NCBI RefSeq assembly: GCF_001194135.2
Contig: NC_068983.1
Span: 58,277,064-58,326,484 of the forward strand
DNA length: 49,421 nucleotides
Direction: 5' to 3'
Source of the DNA: Octopus bimaculoides
Lineage: Eukaryota
The notes under the pieces are model-generated. The model was not told the origin of the DNA and made no database searches. It saw only the letters and a list, made by a program, of their open reading frames with translations. Of this stretch, positions 11,233 to 23,052 are shown piece by piece. Position numbers and translations under genes: made by a program. Numbering within the stretch: the first letter of the stretch is position 1; each line of letters begins with the position of its first letter.

Positions 11233-11541
11233 GTGTGTGCATATAACGTGTGTATGCATATGTATTTGTGTATGTGCATGGTAGAAGGAAATGATTGGAA
11301 GCTTCTGTGTGTGTGTGTGTATACACACATATACATACATACATACATACATACATACATACATACATGCATATAAATTTTCTCTTGTCCAAAATTGAGA
11401 CAAGTACCAATGTTCTCATGTTGCAGGCTTGATAATTGTAAAGATATTATGCCTATATGAAACCCTTGGTAGCTTTGTCAACCGATAAATAAAGAATATT
11501 TATCCACCAATGTGGTGTTGAGCACCCATTTTCACTGTTCA

Positions 11542-11814
11542 GTATTCGTGGCTGATGCCAATGCCGCCTGACTGGCTCTGTGCCGATTGCACATAAAAAG
11601 CACCATTCGAGCATGTCCATTGCCAGTGCCACCTGACTGGCACATAAAATGCACCCGGTACACTCTCGGAGTGGTTGGCATTAGGAAGGGCATCCAGCTG
11701 TAGAAACACTGCCAGATCAGATTGGAGCCTGGTGCAGCCTCCAGGGTTGTCAGTCATCAGTCAAACCATCAAGCCCATGCCAGCACGGAAGGCAGATGTT
11801 AAAAGATGATGATG
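11542..11814 (+). mobile_element. RTE-clade LINE 3' UTR (family C), 5'-truncated
   Basis: GTTGGCATTAGGAAGGGCATCCAGCTGTAGAAAC...GTTAAAAGATGATGATG tail. Confidence 0.8.
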
Positions 11815-12261
11815 GAAACACACACACATACACATAGACAAACCCCATGTAAAAAACAAAAGAACTAGACCTCAACATCATCGAAAATAGATAACTAAAT
11901 TTATTAAATGACTCAGGTGTGTAAGGCTTACATCGAAGACCCTGAGTTTCTGTTCAACAATTCAATGAATGCTGCACTTCACTAATTTTCACAAGTTTGG
12001 TGCATACCTGCAGCATGCTTAACGAGGGAGTGAAACATCATCAGGTAAAAACCAAAATTTGTTGATTAATTGTTTTTTGCACCTGATTATAAGCACTCCA
12101 TACTTGTGTCACTTAACATATATATACATGTGTGTGATTTTGTCTTTGTCCCACAATTGTTTGATGACTGGTGTTGGTTTGTTTATGTCCAGATAATTTA
12201 GTAGGTTAGCCAAGGGGGCCAATTGAATAAGTATGAGAGAAGTCTAGTGTAGGCTCCTGCT

Positions 12262-12345
12262 TTACTGGCTCCTGTCAATCCGTCCAACCCATGCCAGCAT
12301 GGAAAGCGGATGCTAAACGATGATGATGATGATGATGATGATGAC

Positions 12346-12389
<44 letters not shown>
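12262..12389 (+). mobile_element. Family C 3' end with expanded (GAT)n tail
   Basis: CCAACCCATGCCAGCATGGAAAGCGGATGCTAAACGATGATGAT... Confidence 0.8.
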
Positions 12390-12390
<1 letters not shown>

Positions 12391-13130
12391 GTGGATTTGT
12401 TGGACTAAAACTCTTTAACTCAGTGCCCCAATATGGCCACAGTCCAGTGACAGAAACAAGTAAAGGGGAAAAAGAAGAACAGAAAAAAGAGGTAGAGAGA
12501 GTAAGATTAGGATGAAATATTTGCTGGTCAAGTGACTGCATGTAGAAGTGGTCAAATGAAACTCTGCAACTGATTCGTGTTGTATTTATTTCATAATTAC
12601 CAATAAGAAATTTAGCTTTCTACATTTACACTGCACTTGCATCTACATTACATTAAATAGATGCAATGTGCTCAGCATAAAAGCTTGCTATTTCTTATTA
12701 TCACAGACAATTCTTGAACTGTAATCATCATTTGTCTCTGCTGCCACGTGACGCACGCAGTAGTATTTGAAGCAGGAACTTATAACACGAAGATTTGGGT
12801 TTGATTGACGAATAATTACTTGATTAGCATCTTTCAAATTACCAGGTTACCATTATTGGAAAGAGAAGTAAATTGAATGAGTTCATTGTAAAGGTTCCCA
12901 AATATTTAGGAAAATCAATATCATAGGTTAGGAATTGCAGCTGAAGAATGCATACAAGTATTAGAGATAAAGATTTCATAGGAACGATTTTACAATTCCT
13001 TAACGAATGTGTGATGTTAGCTTTTCTTTCTTCTTTATCAATTTTCTTCCCCTGCTTCTGCTACTACTGGAAATTTTCCTTTTAACAAAACACACCACTT
13101 TTTGTTCCACACATATTTCCATTATTTCCA

Positions 13131-13280
13131 TTATTTACATTTGATGGATATTTGTCCTCATCTTGTTTGTTGCTAGCACAACGTTTCGGCTGATATACCC
13201 TCCAGCCTTCATCAGGTGTCTTAGGGAAATTTCAAACCTGAGTTCACATTCCTAAGGTATTTTTCGATGTTATTATTACT
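13131..13280 (-). mobile_element. Hammerhead-bearing element, headless copy (ACGT family)
   Basis: Reverse complement of the 14025-14170 body. Confidence 0.85.
13177..13220 (-). ncRNA. Type I hammerhead ribozyme motif with intact core
   Basis: The minus strand reads GACAC-CTGATGA-A-GGCTG gagggtatat CAGCC-GAAA-CGT-T-GTG. Stem II is 5 bp, helix III is the palindrome ACGT, the triplet is GUU, and stem I is CAC/GTG. Confidence 0.75.
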
Positions 13281-13927
13281 AAAAGGCAATACTCCAGCAT
13301 GGCCGCAGTCAAATGACTGAAACAAATAAAAGAATATATACTGACAGGGGCTGTAAATACCCAAAATCACCAAGAATTCTTTATACTGATCAGTCAGCAT
13401 TTTAGCTCTCATTTCTAGCAACATAGGTATTCTAACACTCTTAATCACGTTTTGTGAGAATTATAGTTTTCCTTTTTGGAAACACATTGCACATGGCTGT
13501 CTATATTGATTCTTTTCTAGAACTGGATGCTCTTCCTAATGCCAACCACTTTTGAAGAGTGTACTGGGTGCTTTTTATGTGGCACCAGCCATGTGATGAT
13601 AATGATGGTATATATGTATGTATTTATAAACATTTAAATGCAAATTAAAAATTAAAAAGAAGGTAGTTCAAAGCAAGAATACAAATATCAAATTTATATT
13701 CTTTTGAATAATTTGGCAATGACAATAAAATTACCCAAATGTACAAATGTTCACACATGTATGCATATATATGTGTGTGTGCATGCACATACATGCATAC
13801 ACACACACATACATACATCAATGTATACATATATACATAAATACATACAAATGTGTATACACATGCACACTGACATTCACACATGTGCACAAATAAATGA
13901 GCAAAAAGAACACATTGTTTATATTTG

Positions 13928-14198
13928 ACGGGCATATGGTGTAGTGGTTAAGAGCGTGGGCTATTAACCCTAAGATTCCAAGTTCGATTTCAGGCAGTGG
14001 ACCTGAATAATAATAATAATAATAACATTGAAAAATACCTTAGGAATGAGAACCCAAGTTTGAAATTTCCCCAGGACACCTGATGAAGGCTGGAGGGTAT
14101 ATCAGCCAAAACATTGTGTTAACAACAAACAAGATGAGGACAAATATCCATCAAATGTAAATAATGTACATAATTCCTCATCTCTTAAATATAGAACT
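13928..14198 (+). mobile_element. tRNA-headed hammerhead-bearing SINE-like element
   Basis: A-box TGGTGTAGTGG (13937-13947), B-box-like AGTTCGATTTC (13981-13991), an (AAT)n linker, then a body with a hammerhead at 14075-14120 whose GAAA and ACGT are decayed at CpG sites. Confidence 0.75.
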
Positions 14199-14477
14199 GA
14201 AAAAGAACACAGCTCTGATAATGGACAGAGTCAACAACTACTGAAAATGTTGCAAGACGCAATGAAAATTATAGAAAAAATAAATAAGTAAACGGGTGGA
14301 AATTGAACTGGTGAGTGTGTTAAATAATAAGGCATGAAAATAGAATAACACTCCCCAGACACAATAAAATAAAATTATAGCTCAACACTTTAATAGAAAG
14401 TATACAATCACTTTGCCCAAGATGCCACGTTGGGAAGTAAGCTTCTTACCCCTCAGTCACTCCTGTGCCTACAGGAG

Positions 14478-14645
14478 TTGACTACTTTGACCCAAGTGCA
14501 TGACAGGTACTTATATTATCAACCCTGGAAGAATGAAAGGCAAAATTTACATCGGTGGAATTTGAACTGAGAATGTAGAAAACCAGAAGAAATTCCACCA
14601 AACGCTTTGTGCCATGCACAAACCATTCTAATGGCTTGCAGCCTT
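14478..14645 (-). mobile_element. SINE family A, degenerate
   Basis: GAATGAAAGGCAAAATTTACATCGGTGGAATTTGAACTGAGAATGTAG is the reverse complement of the family A body. Confidence 0.7.
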
Positions 14646-15284
14646 GTAGAAATAGAATAATGAAACTATACTGTTATCAGTTCTGAAATAAAACTATTTT
14701 AATGTTTGTTTCATCAAGAATTCAAAGCATTTTTTTTTTTTTTTGAGAAAAAAGGAAAACTGTATTAAAAAGATGATAATAGTATTCTTTAAATCTTTAA
14801 ATTTTGGTATTGCTTTTTACTAGAATATTATTACTAACTTAAGGCTCACCTCAAAGATAAAATTTCTATGGCAGGCAACACTTTTTCTACATTAAAAGGC
14901 AATGTTCTAACATAAAACTTTGGATTTACATTGAGAAGATAATAGGATCTATTAGGTTTTCTTGTGTTTTTTTCTTTAAATATAATTAAGAGGATTTAGA
15001 ATTTAATTATTTCTTTGGTGATGGTGGAAATAAATAAACAATATCCTAACATGCTCACCACACCATTTCAACAGAGGTTCCTTTAATGTAATTAATTTCA
15101 ATAAAATAATTTCAAGAATTTTTATTATCTCTGCAGGCATGGCAGTTTGGTTAAGAAGCTCGCTTTGCAACCATATGATCTCAGGTTCAGTCCCACAGCA
15201 CAGAACCTTGGGCATGTGTTTTCTACTATAGAATTAGGCCAACCAATGCCATGGGAATAAACTTGGTATTCTTTCAGTCTATCA

Positions 15285-15650
15285 TTCTTTCAGTCATTTG
15301 TCTGCAGCCATGCTGGAGCACTGCTGTTCGTCGAAGAAATCGATCTCAGGGCTTATTCTTTGTAAGCCTAGTATTTATTCTATCAGTCTCTTTTACCAAA
15401 CTGCTAGATTATAGGGAAGCAAACAAAGCAACATCACTTGTCAAGTGATGGTGGGAGGAAAAACAGACACAGACATATACATATATATATATATATATAC
15501 AATAGGCTTCTTTCAGTTTCTGTTGTCCAAATCCACTCACAAGGCTTTGGTCGGCCCAAGACTATAGCAGACAACACTTGCCATACAGTGGGACTGAACC
15601 TGGAACCATGTGGTTGGGAAGCAAGCTTTTTACCACACAGCCATGCCTGT
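15285..15650 (-). mobile_element. SINE family B, full length
   Basis: Head, CORE-like region, internal (TA)n and tail are all present on the minus strand. Confidence 0.9.
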
Positions 15651-15667
15651 AAAATCTGTTTAGAATT

Positions 15668-16073
15668 TCAGCATGACTGTGTTGTGAGAGGCTTGCTTCA
15701 CAATCACATGGTTCCAGGTTCAGACCCACTGCATGGCAACTTGGGCAAGTGTCTTCCACTATAGACTCAGGCCAACCAAAGCCTTGTGTATGGATTTGGT
15801 TGACGGAAACTGTAAAAGAAGCCCATTATATATGTGTTTGTGTGTGTGCGCGTGTGTATTTGTGTGTCTGTGTTTGTCCCCCATCATTGCTTGAGACCGA
15901 TACTGGTGTGTTTATTTCCCTAAAATCTAGCGGTTTGGCAAAACAGACCAATAGAATAAGTACTAGGCATACAAACAATATGTCCTAGGGTCAATTTGTT
16001 CGACTAAAGGTGCTGCTCCAGCATGGCCACAGTCAAAATGACTGAAACAAGAAAATGAGTTAAAGAGTAAAAG
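15668..16073 (+). mobile_element. SINE family B, full length
   Basis: Head, CORE-like GGCAACTTGGGCAAGTGTCTT, internal (TG)n and tail. Confidence 0.9.
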
Positions 16074-16130
16074 TTCTTAACACACTGCTTTCTCAGCAAC
16101 ATATGGATGTATATATGTTTTGGCTGCATA

Positions 16131-16325
16131 TCAACTCCCTTCCTCCATCAAATCAACATTACCTGAACAGGTGTACAGTGTCTCACACATCAGGTGTCGA
16201 CGTGATCACAGTGCAACATGAGAAGACAATGTTTTATTTGAGAACACAATGCATCACCTGGTTCAGGAGTTGAAACCACAATTCCATGACCATGAGGACG
16301 CAACACCCTAACCACCAGGCTATGC
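16131..16325 (-). mobile_element. Degenerate tRNA-derived SINE head (family D-like)
   Basis: The minus strand reads GCATAGCCTGGTGGTTAGGGTGTTG...GGTTTCAACTCCTGAACCAGG. Confidence 0.5.
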
Positions 16326-16619
16326 AACATCAAAGATTGCGACAGAAGAAACGTCCCATATTATACATGGTTGTCCCATATTATGCATGGTCATCCATGT
16401 AGTGCAAGTAAAAATGAACCAGATTATAAGGGCATCTTTATGCATTCAAGCACTTGTCATTTAACGTTTCAGCCATTAACTGTGGCATGAATTAATGCAT
16501 TTTCTGTTTTAACTTTCATCAAGTGTAGTGAATCTCTGGAGATATTTATCATACCCTGTAATTTACTATATACTAGGGGCACAGTAAATTAACGTTATTA
16601 TTGCTAGTAGTAGTAGTAT

Positions 16620-16654
<35 letters not shown>

Positions 16655-16859
16655 TATTTGTATTCTCTTCTATAAACAATCGCAATCAGCCTGCAATAAC
16701 TTATTTAGCAAGCAATTTATCACTAAGCAGAAGTAATTTTATTTGGAAGGAAACATTATTTTCTTAAGTGGTTAAGATGAATCAGGAAACTATATCTAAA
16801 CTAACTCCAATTTATATAAATTCTTTAGCCTGCCAGACAATTTACCGTAACACATTTAT

Positions 16860-16878
16860 TCAATATATACATATACAT

Positions 16879-16910
<32 letters not shown>

Positions 16911-16948
16911 TTATTTATTTATTTATAGATAGATAGATATATAGATAA

Positions 16949-16985
<37 letters not shown>

Positions 16986-17390
16986 TGTCTATATATGTAT
17001 ATACATGTATATATATATACATATGTATATGTGTATGTTTATGTGTGTCTATATATGTGGGTATATATATGTACACAATTATTTATACATAAACACATAG
17101 ATGTAAATAAAAAGAGAAAAGTAGATGTATAAACGTAAGTATATATATATACACACACACCTATATATACATGCACATATATAAATATACACACACAAAC
17201 ATATACACATTTATGGATATATATATGCATGCATATATGTATATATCTATATCCATGTATGTATGTATGTGTGTATATATTAGTTCACTACTAATACACC
17301 ACATTATTTAGTATAAGTGTATATACAAAACCTTTCGGCATATGGTTATACATAATTAAATCAATAAAAATACGTTCATGAATACATACA

Positions 17391-17462
<72 letters not shown>

Positions 17463-17709
17463 NNNNNNNNNNNNNNNNNNNNNNNNNNNNNNNNNNNNNN
17501 NNNNNNNNNNNNNNNNNNNNNNNNNNNNNNNNNNNNNNNNNNNNNNNNNNNNNNNNNNNNNNNNNNNNNNNNNNNNNNNNNNNNNNNNNNNNAGTTTTGA
17601 ATATATTACTTAACACAACTCAAAATTTATAAAAATTTACTAGAGAAAATATTAATATACCGGAGCACTTAAACTGTCTTTATATAAATACCTGTCTATC
17701 AGTAGATGC

Positions 17710-17749
<40 letters not shown>

Positions 17750-17780
17750 CATGTGTGTGTGTGTGTGTGTATTCGGTCTA
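16860..17780. repeat. Compound TA/CA/TACA microsatellite field with a gap
   Basis: Simple repeats flanking N 17463-17592. Confidence 0.9.
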
Positions 17781-18060
17781 TATAATTTATAATGCTTTTT
17801 TCATGAATGCTTGTAGTTTGAATTGTCAGACAATAATTGCACCAAAAATATAAAGATTTTATATTTTATTCATGATTTTATTCATTGGAGAGGAACTCAT
17901 CATTTATTCCATTAGATTATTCGGAATTAAAATGGGCAAAATTTAATCCAATTTTCTGTTTTAGGTGCAGGTTTTAATTTGTTATTTCCAGTGTCCACCT
18001 CCTTCTTTTCTTTCTCTGTTGTCATTTTATTGTGATTTCATTTTAATATATAATGGTCTG

Positions 18061-18272
18061 TAAGGCAGCAAGCTGGTAGAATTGGTAGAACACCAGACAA
18101 AATAATTAGCAGCATTTTGTCACTATTTATGTTCTGAGTTCAAATTCTGCAAAGGTCAACCTTGCCTTTTATACTTTTGGGATCGATAAAATAAGTACCA
18201 GTTATGTACTGAGGTCGATGTAATCACCTTACCCCCATCTCCAAAATTATGGTCCTTGTGCCAAAATTTGAA
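18061..18272 (+). mobile_element. SINE family A
   Basis: TAAGGCAGCAAGCTGGTAGAA...GAGTTCAAATTCTGC...AAGTACCAGTTATGTACTGAGGTCGATG. Confidence 0.85.
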
Positions 18273-19052
18273 GCCATAGTTCTATTTACTCAACTGGTCT
18301 ATTGATCAGCTAAGATAAATTGAGCAACCACATGGGATCTAACAAGGAGAGCATTTGTTAACCCATGTATACCCCTGGCTGCATTTTCGCAACACAAAAC
18401 CTACTTCTACTTGTTTGGATATGAACTTGTTGGGAAGCACCTGAATGAGCATACGAAATGTTCAGAAGGTAGTCAACACCTGTAGCTAACAGCTGCATGC
18501 TGTCCTTCTCTTCTAGATTGTGAAAGCTTACCATAACGTTTAATCTTTTAGATGGTGTTCGTATCAGGGTTGTGGAGTCATCTAAAGGTTGACTCCTTCA
18601 GAAGGCTGTAATATCATTTTAAAGGAACACGGTACAAAGAAATATATAGAACAAGGCTGTAACTTTAAATACCTTTACTCGAGGTCTCAGACATATACAA
18701 CTGTACAATAAAGGAAAGAATTTGGGGAATGGAGACCGTGTTCCTCTTCTGTGTACAACCTCAGGCCTGCTAGATGGCGTGAGTTGTAAGAGAGCCAACT
18801 AGATCATGTCTTTGCTTTCTGATGTCTAGATGCCAAAAGAAGTCTCAAGGCCTCCTGTCAGAATTTCACCGCTCAAGTGCCATCTAATGGGAGCTTGTTT
18901 AAGCCCGATGTCAAAGGAGATAACTGCACCTACAATCTAAATACAGTGAAATTTTTTTATGGGCAGAAATGGGTTAAGGTTGTTCAGTATTTTTCAGTCA
19001 ATCATTACAGTGATTCAGTAAACTTAACCACAATTGAGTAAACTTAACCATA

Positions 19053-19440
19053 GGCACATGTGGCTGTGTGGTAAGAAGCTTGCTTCCCAATCACATGGTT
19101 CCGGGGTTCAGTCCCACTGTGTGGCACCTAGGACAAGTGTCTTCTACTATAATCTGGGGCCGACCAAAGACTTGTGAGTGAATTTGGGAGATGGAAACTG
19201 AAAACAGCAAGTCATATATATGTGTGTGTGTGTGTGTGTATGTTTGTCACCCCCACCATCGCTTGACAACCGATGTTAGTGTGTTTATGTCCCCTTAACT
19301 AGCGGTTCGGCAGAAAAGACCGATTGAATAAGTACTAGGATTATAAAGAATAAGTCATGGGGTCATTTTGTTCATTTAAAGGCGGTGCTCCGGCATGGCC
19401 ACAGCCAAAAATGACTGAAACAGATAACAGAAAATAAAGA
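19053..19440 (+). mobile_element. SINE family B, full length
   Basis: All family B modules are present in order. Confidence 0.9.
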
Positions 19441-19577
19441 AACATGCACAGCCCCTAATTTTTGCCATTTCTTGCTTATACCTCTGTGAAAGAGACCAGT
19501 CTAACTGGGGAATGCAATCATGGATTTACACAATCGACTTACAAGAACGTAATTGTGGCTGTTGCTGATAGTATGCT

Positions 19578-19950
19578 CTTCAAATGTTGGGTCTCACAGA
19601 GGCGATGACAAGTGAGCGAGACTTTTGGCAGTATGCTGTGCTTGGAAAGACTCGTCAAGCCAAGTGAAACCATAGTTGTGGTTGTTGCCAGTGTCATTTA
19701 ACTGGCACCTATGAAATGGCAGTCATGGCCATTGCTGGTGTCATGTAAATTTCACCCATGCTGGTGGCACATAAAAAGCACCCATTACACCCTTGGAGTG
19801 ATTGGCATTAAGAAGGGCGTCTAGCCATAGAAACCTTGCCAAGTCAGACTGGAATCTGGTGAAGCTGTCCAGTTTACCAGATCCAGTCTGACCGTCTAAC
19901 CGATGCCAGCATAGAAAGCAGATATTAAATGATGATGATGATGATGATGA
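19578..19950 (+). mobile_element. RTE-clade LINE 3' end: ORF C-terminus plus family C 3' UTR
   Basis: LQMLGLTEAMTSERDFWQYAVLGKTRQAK* (19578-19667) has the RTE-type D...WR terminal motif. It is followed by the family C UTR and a (GAT)n tail. Confidence 0.75.
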
Positions 19951-20360
19951 CTGGGAATGGGCTTCAACTTCAGATCTTGTCTTAGGAAGATTGTCTGGAA
20001 TTCTATACCAAATTGAAAACCTTTTGTTAAGCCTGGTGTATTTGTATTAACGGAGGCCTTGTGAAGAATTTTGCCCAGATTGATAATCCCTTATTAATGA
20101 CTCTTGTATATATGTATATATAAATATACACACATATACATATAAATAGATAGACATAGATATAGACATGCAGTATATTATATACGGTAAATAAGTTAGC
20201 TATTTTAATTAGTAATATTCTGATGGAAAGTAATTACTATGTTTTTAATTACAAAAAAGAAAAAAAATGTAATCTATGTAATGCAATAACAATGATAGCA
20301 ATAGACAGACCACATCACAGACATGAACATCACATTCATCAGTGCCCCTTTGGGTGGCAC

Positions 20361-20787
20361 CCAGTGTCACTAGTGTCATAGTCCTCCTCCTCATCCTCCT
20401 CTATCTCCTCATCCTCGTCCATCTCCTCTTCTCTTCCGCTTCTCTTCCTCCTCATCCTCCTAGTCTTACTCATCCTACTCATCTTCTTCTTTCCTTCCTC
20501 CTCCTCCACTCCTACTTTTTCACTTTGACATTGGCATGACCACTACTACCACCACCACCATCACCACCACCACCACCACCACCACCACCAGCAGCAGCAA
20601 CAACAACAACAGCAACAACAACACCATCGACGATGTCATCACCGCCACCACCACCGCGACTACTTCCATCACGACCACCATCACCACTGCTGCTACCACC
20701 GCCACCAACAACAACAACAATAACACCACCCTCAGCGATGCCACTACCACCACCACCACCACCATCATCATCATCACCATCATCACA
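20361..20787. repeat. Low-complexity trinucleotide field (CCT, CAT, ACC, AAC)
   Basis: Successive triplet runs, which are the source of the poly-T/N/V ORFs in the track. Confidence 0.9.
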
Positions 20788-21690
20788 GTTGCTCTTCTGA
20801 AAGATACTCTTTTCCCTCTTGTGTAAAATGAATGAAATTCATCTCTGGAAGAATACAGAACCGAATAATTGGACTTAATTAGCTTATTTGAAGTTTGAAG
20901 TTTGTGCATGCATACATACATNNNNNNNNNNNNNNNNNNNNNNNNNNNNNNNNNNNNNNNNNNNNNNNNNNNNNNNNNNNNNNNNNNNNNNNNNNNNNNN
21001 NNNNNNNNNNNNNNNNNNNNNNNNNNNNNNNNNNNNNNNNNNNNNNNNNNNNNNNNNNNNNNNNNNNNNNNNNNNNNNNNNNNNNNNNNNNNNNNNNNNN
21101 NNNNNNNNNNNNNNNNNNNNNNNNNNNNNNNNNNNNNNNNNNNNNNNNNNNNNNNNNNNNNNNNNNNNNNNNNNNNNNNNNNNNNNNNNNNNNNNNNNNN
21201 NNNNNNNNNNNNNNNNNNNNNNNNNNNNNNNNNNNNNNNNNNNNNNNNNNNNNNNNNNNNNNNNNNNNNNNNNNNNNNNNNNNNNNNNNNNNNNNNNNNN
21301 NNNNNNNNNNNNNNNNNNNNNNNNNNNNNNNNNNNNNNNNNNNNNNNNNNNNNNNNNNNNNNNNNNNNNNNNNNNNNNNNNNNNNNNNNNNNNNNNNNNN
21401 NNNNNNNNNNNNNNNNNNNNNNNNNNNNNNNNNNNNNNNNNNNNNNNNNNNNNNNNNNNNNCAATTGCAGCGTGAAAGGTGTTTATAAGCCATTTAAAAA
21501 CACGCAAAAACTGTTAGATTTATTTCAACATCTAAATTTAATTTGTCAAAATATTTTCACCACTTTGAAACTGCAGCCTGTTCACAGACAAAATTCCATG
21601 CTGCATCATATTTATGTATATTAAAGGAAAAAGGAAAAAAAAAAGACAAAACAAAAGCAGGATGAGTATCTCAGGTCAGTTAGAATGTTT

Positions 21691-22045
21691 AATTAGAGTA
21701 AGGTGAATCAAAAATGGAGAAGTAGAAGTAATTAATGTCTTACACCTGTTTCTGTGATATCCCACGTGATGGTTCAACATCCCCATACACTAGGTACTCC
21801 ATCATCAGAGACAAGGTGCATATGCAGGTTAGTTTCAGACAGAGAATTCACAGTGTATAAAAGAATAAAGCAGTAGATAGAAGAATAAAGACAGAAGAAT
21901 AAAGTTCACAGCTCATCTTGTTCCAGAGGTTACAGAGTTCCATGAAGGTATAGTCCCTTAAATATAATCTCAGGTAAATCCAGGCAGTATTTTGACTGAT
22001 GTATTCAGATTGAAGGGGTATATCAGGTAGTTAGCACGTTAGAAA
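21691..22045 (-). mobile_element. Penelope-like pseudo-LTR fragment (ACAGCTGT-hammerhead family), degenerate
   Basis: Aligns with 38631-38966. The hammerhead at 21737-21812 has a broken helix III palindrome (ACAGGTGT). Confidence 0.65.
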
Positions 22046-22689
22046 AATGGCTCACACAGGTATATAATGTGAGGGAGGCAGGCATCATGACAGACATATT
22101 AGATCAGAGAATGAGTGTGTGTGGCGGTGGAGGGATGGGGGTTGTGAGTGAGTGAAGTGAAGAGAGAAAAGAGAGAATTGTAGAAATGAAGATAAAAAGG
22201 ATAAAGAAGATAAGTACTGGAAATAAAAGGAATGAGAGTGAAGGTAAAATAAAAATAAAGGTAAAGGTAAATGGTTGGTATTATTCTTCATCAGAGTAGG
22301 TTTGAGGTGAGAGGTCAGGGATTATGGTTTTGGTAAAGTGGAAGAGGAAGTCATGTATGGTTATTAAAGGGTAATTAAATGGATAGATGAATTCTAGGTT
22401 CAGCATGGTCAGAAAGAATATTTAACTTTAGTTCAGTGGTTAGTAAAAAGAGCTAATGTTAGAAGTAGATGCCTAACTTAAATATAGGGAATATATCTAA
22501 AATTAAAATTAAAAATTAACAAAAAGATAAGCACAGTTAACGAACTTTGAAGATACATATGTTGAGGTAATAAATATTAATAGATGAAGGAAAAAACGTA
22601 CATATATTGTTATGACTGTGAATGTAGAGAGGCAGGTGTCATGTGTGTTGATTTTTGCTTGAATTTGGACCCATGGTAAAACTAAAGGT

Positions 22690-23052
22690 ACAATAGAACT
22701 TATGTTTGCATGAAGAGAATGCTTCATGCTGTCTGTTAAGTAATTGTGATGAATTATGAATTGATATTTGGAGGGCTCTTAAGGTAGAGTCCACATGCAA
22801 AGCATTGGCCTTGCTTGCAACACCTAAATTGCTGGCCACTGCTGGAGAAGTAAAGAACTTGTGAGTAATGTGTTGCTGTGGACACCAAATCATGGCACCA
22901 CAGTGGCTGGAAGACTTCGGAAGACATATATACAACAGCTTGCAGAAGATATTGGATGCCAAGTTGAAGACCTAAAAACACTAATGGAAGATAAGGAGGG
23001 AGGGAGAGAGGTAGTCAGGCTGGTCTGGGCAATCAGACTAACTGGATGATGC
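22690..23052 (+). pseudogene. RTE-clade LINE ORF C-terminal relic
   Basis: KRMLHAV..., then IAGHCWRSKELVSNVLLWTPNHGTTVAGRLRKTYIQQLAEDIGCQVEDLKTLMEDKEGGREVVRLVWAIRLTG* (22828-23049). This matches the RTE FAGHCWR..LLW.P.HG...GRP.KTY...DR..WR pattern. Confidence 0.85.

Noticed and set aside
12743-12760. GCCACGTGACGCACGC E-box/CRE-like CpG cluster as a promoter
   Set aside because: A short motif alone, with no supporting exon or CpG-rich region.
13930-14003. tRNA-like sequence as a real tRNA gene
   Set aside because: The acceptor and T stems do not pair cleanly, the anticodon loop differs between copies, and it is fused to a repeat body. I treat it as a SINE head.
18350-18940. GC-richer stretch suspected to be an old LINE coding region
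   Set aside because: All six frames were read by hand. Stops are frequent and I found no motif I could name; a translated search against TE proteins would decide.
20536-20826. Thr/Asn-rich mucin-like ORF
   Set aside because: It is made of ACC/AAC/ATC triplet runs within a larger low-complexity field, with no convincing splice or domain context.
22270-22300. Minus-strand CTGATGA-AGAATAATACC, possible hammerhead
   Set aside because: There is no GAAA box or stem II pairing.
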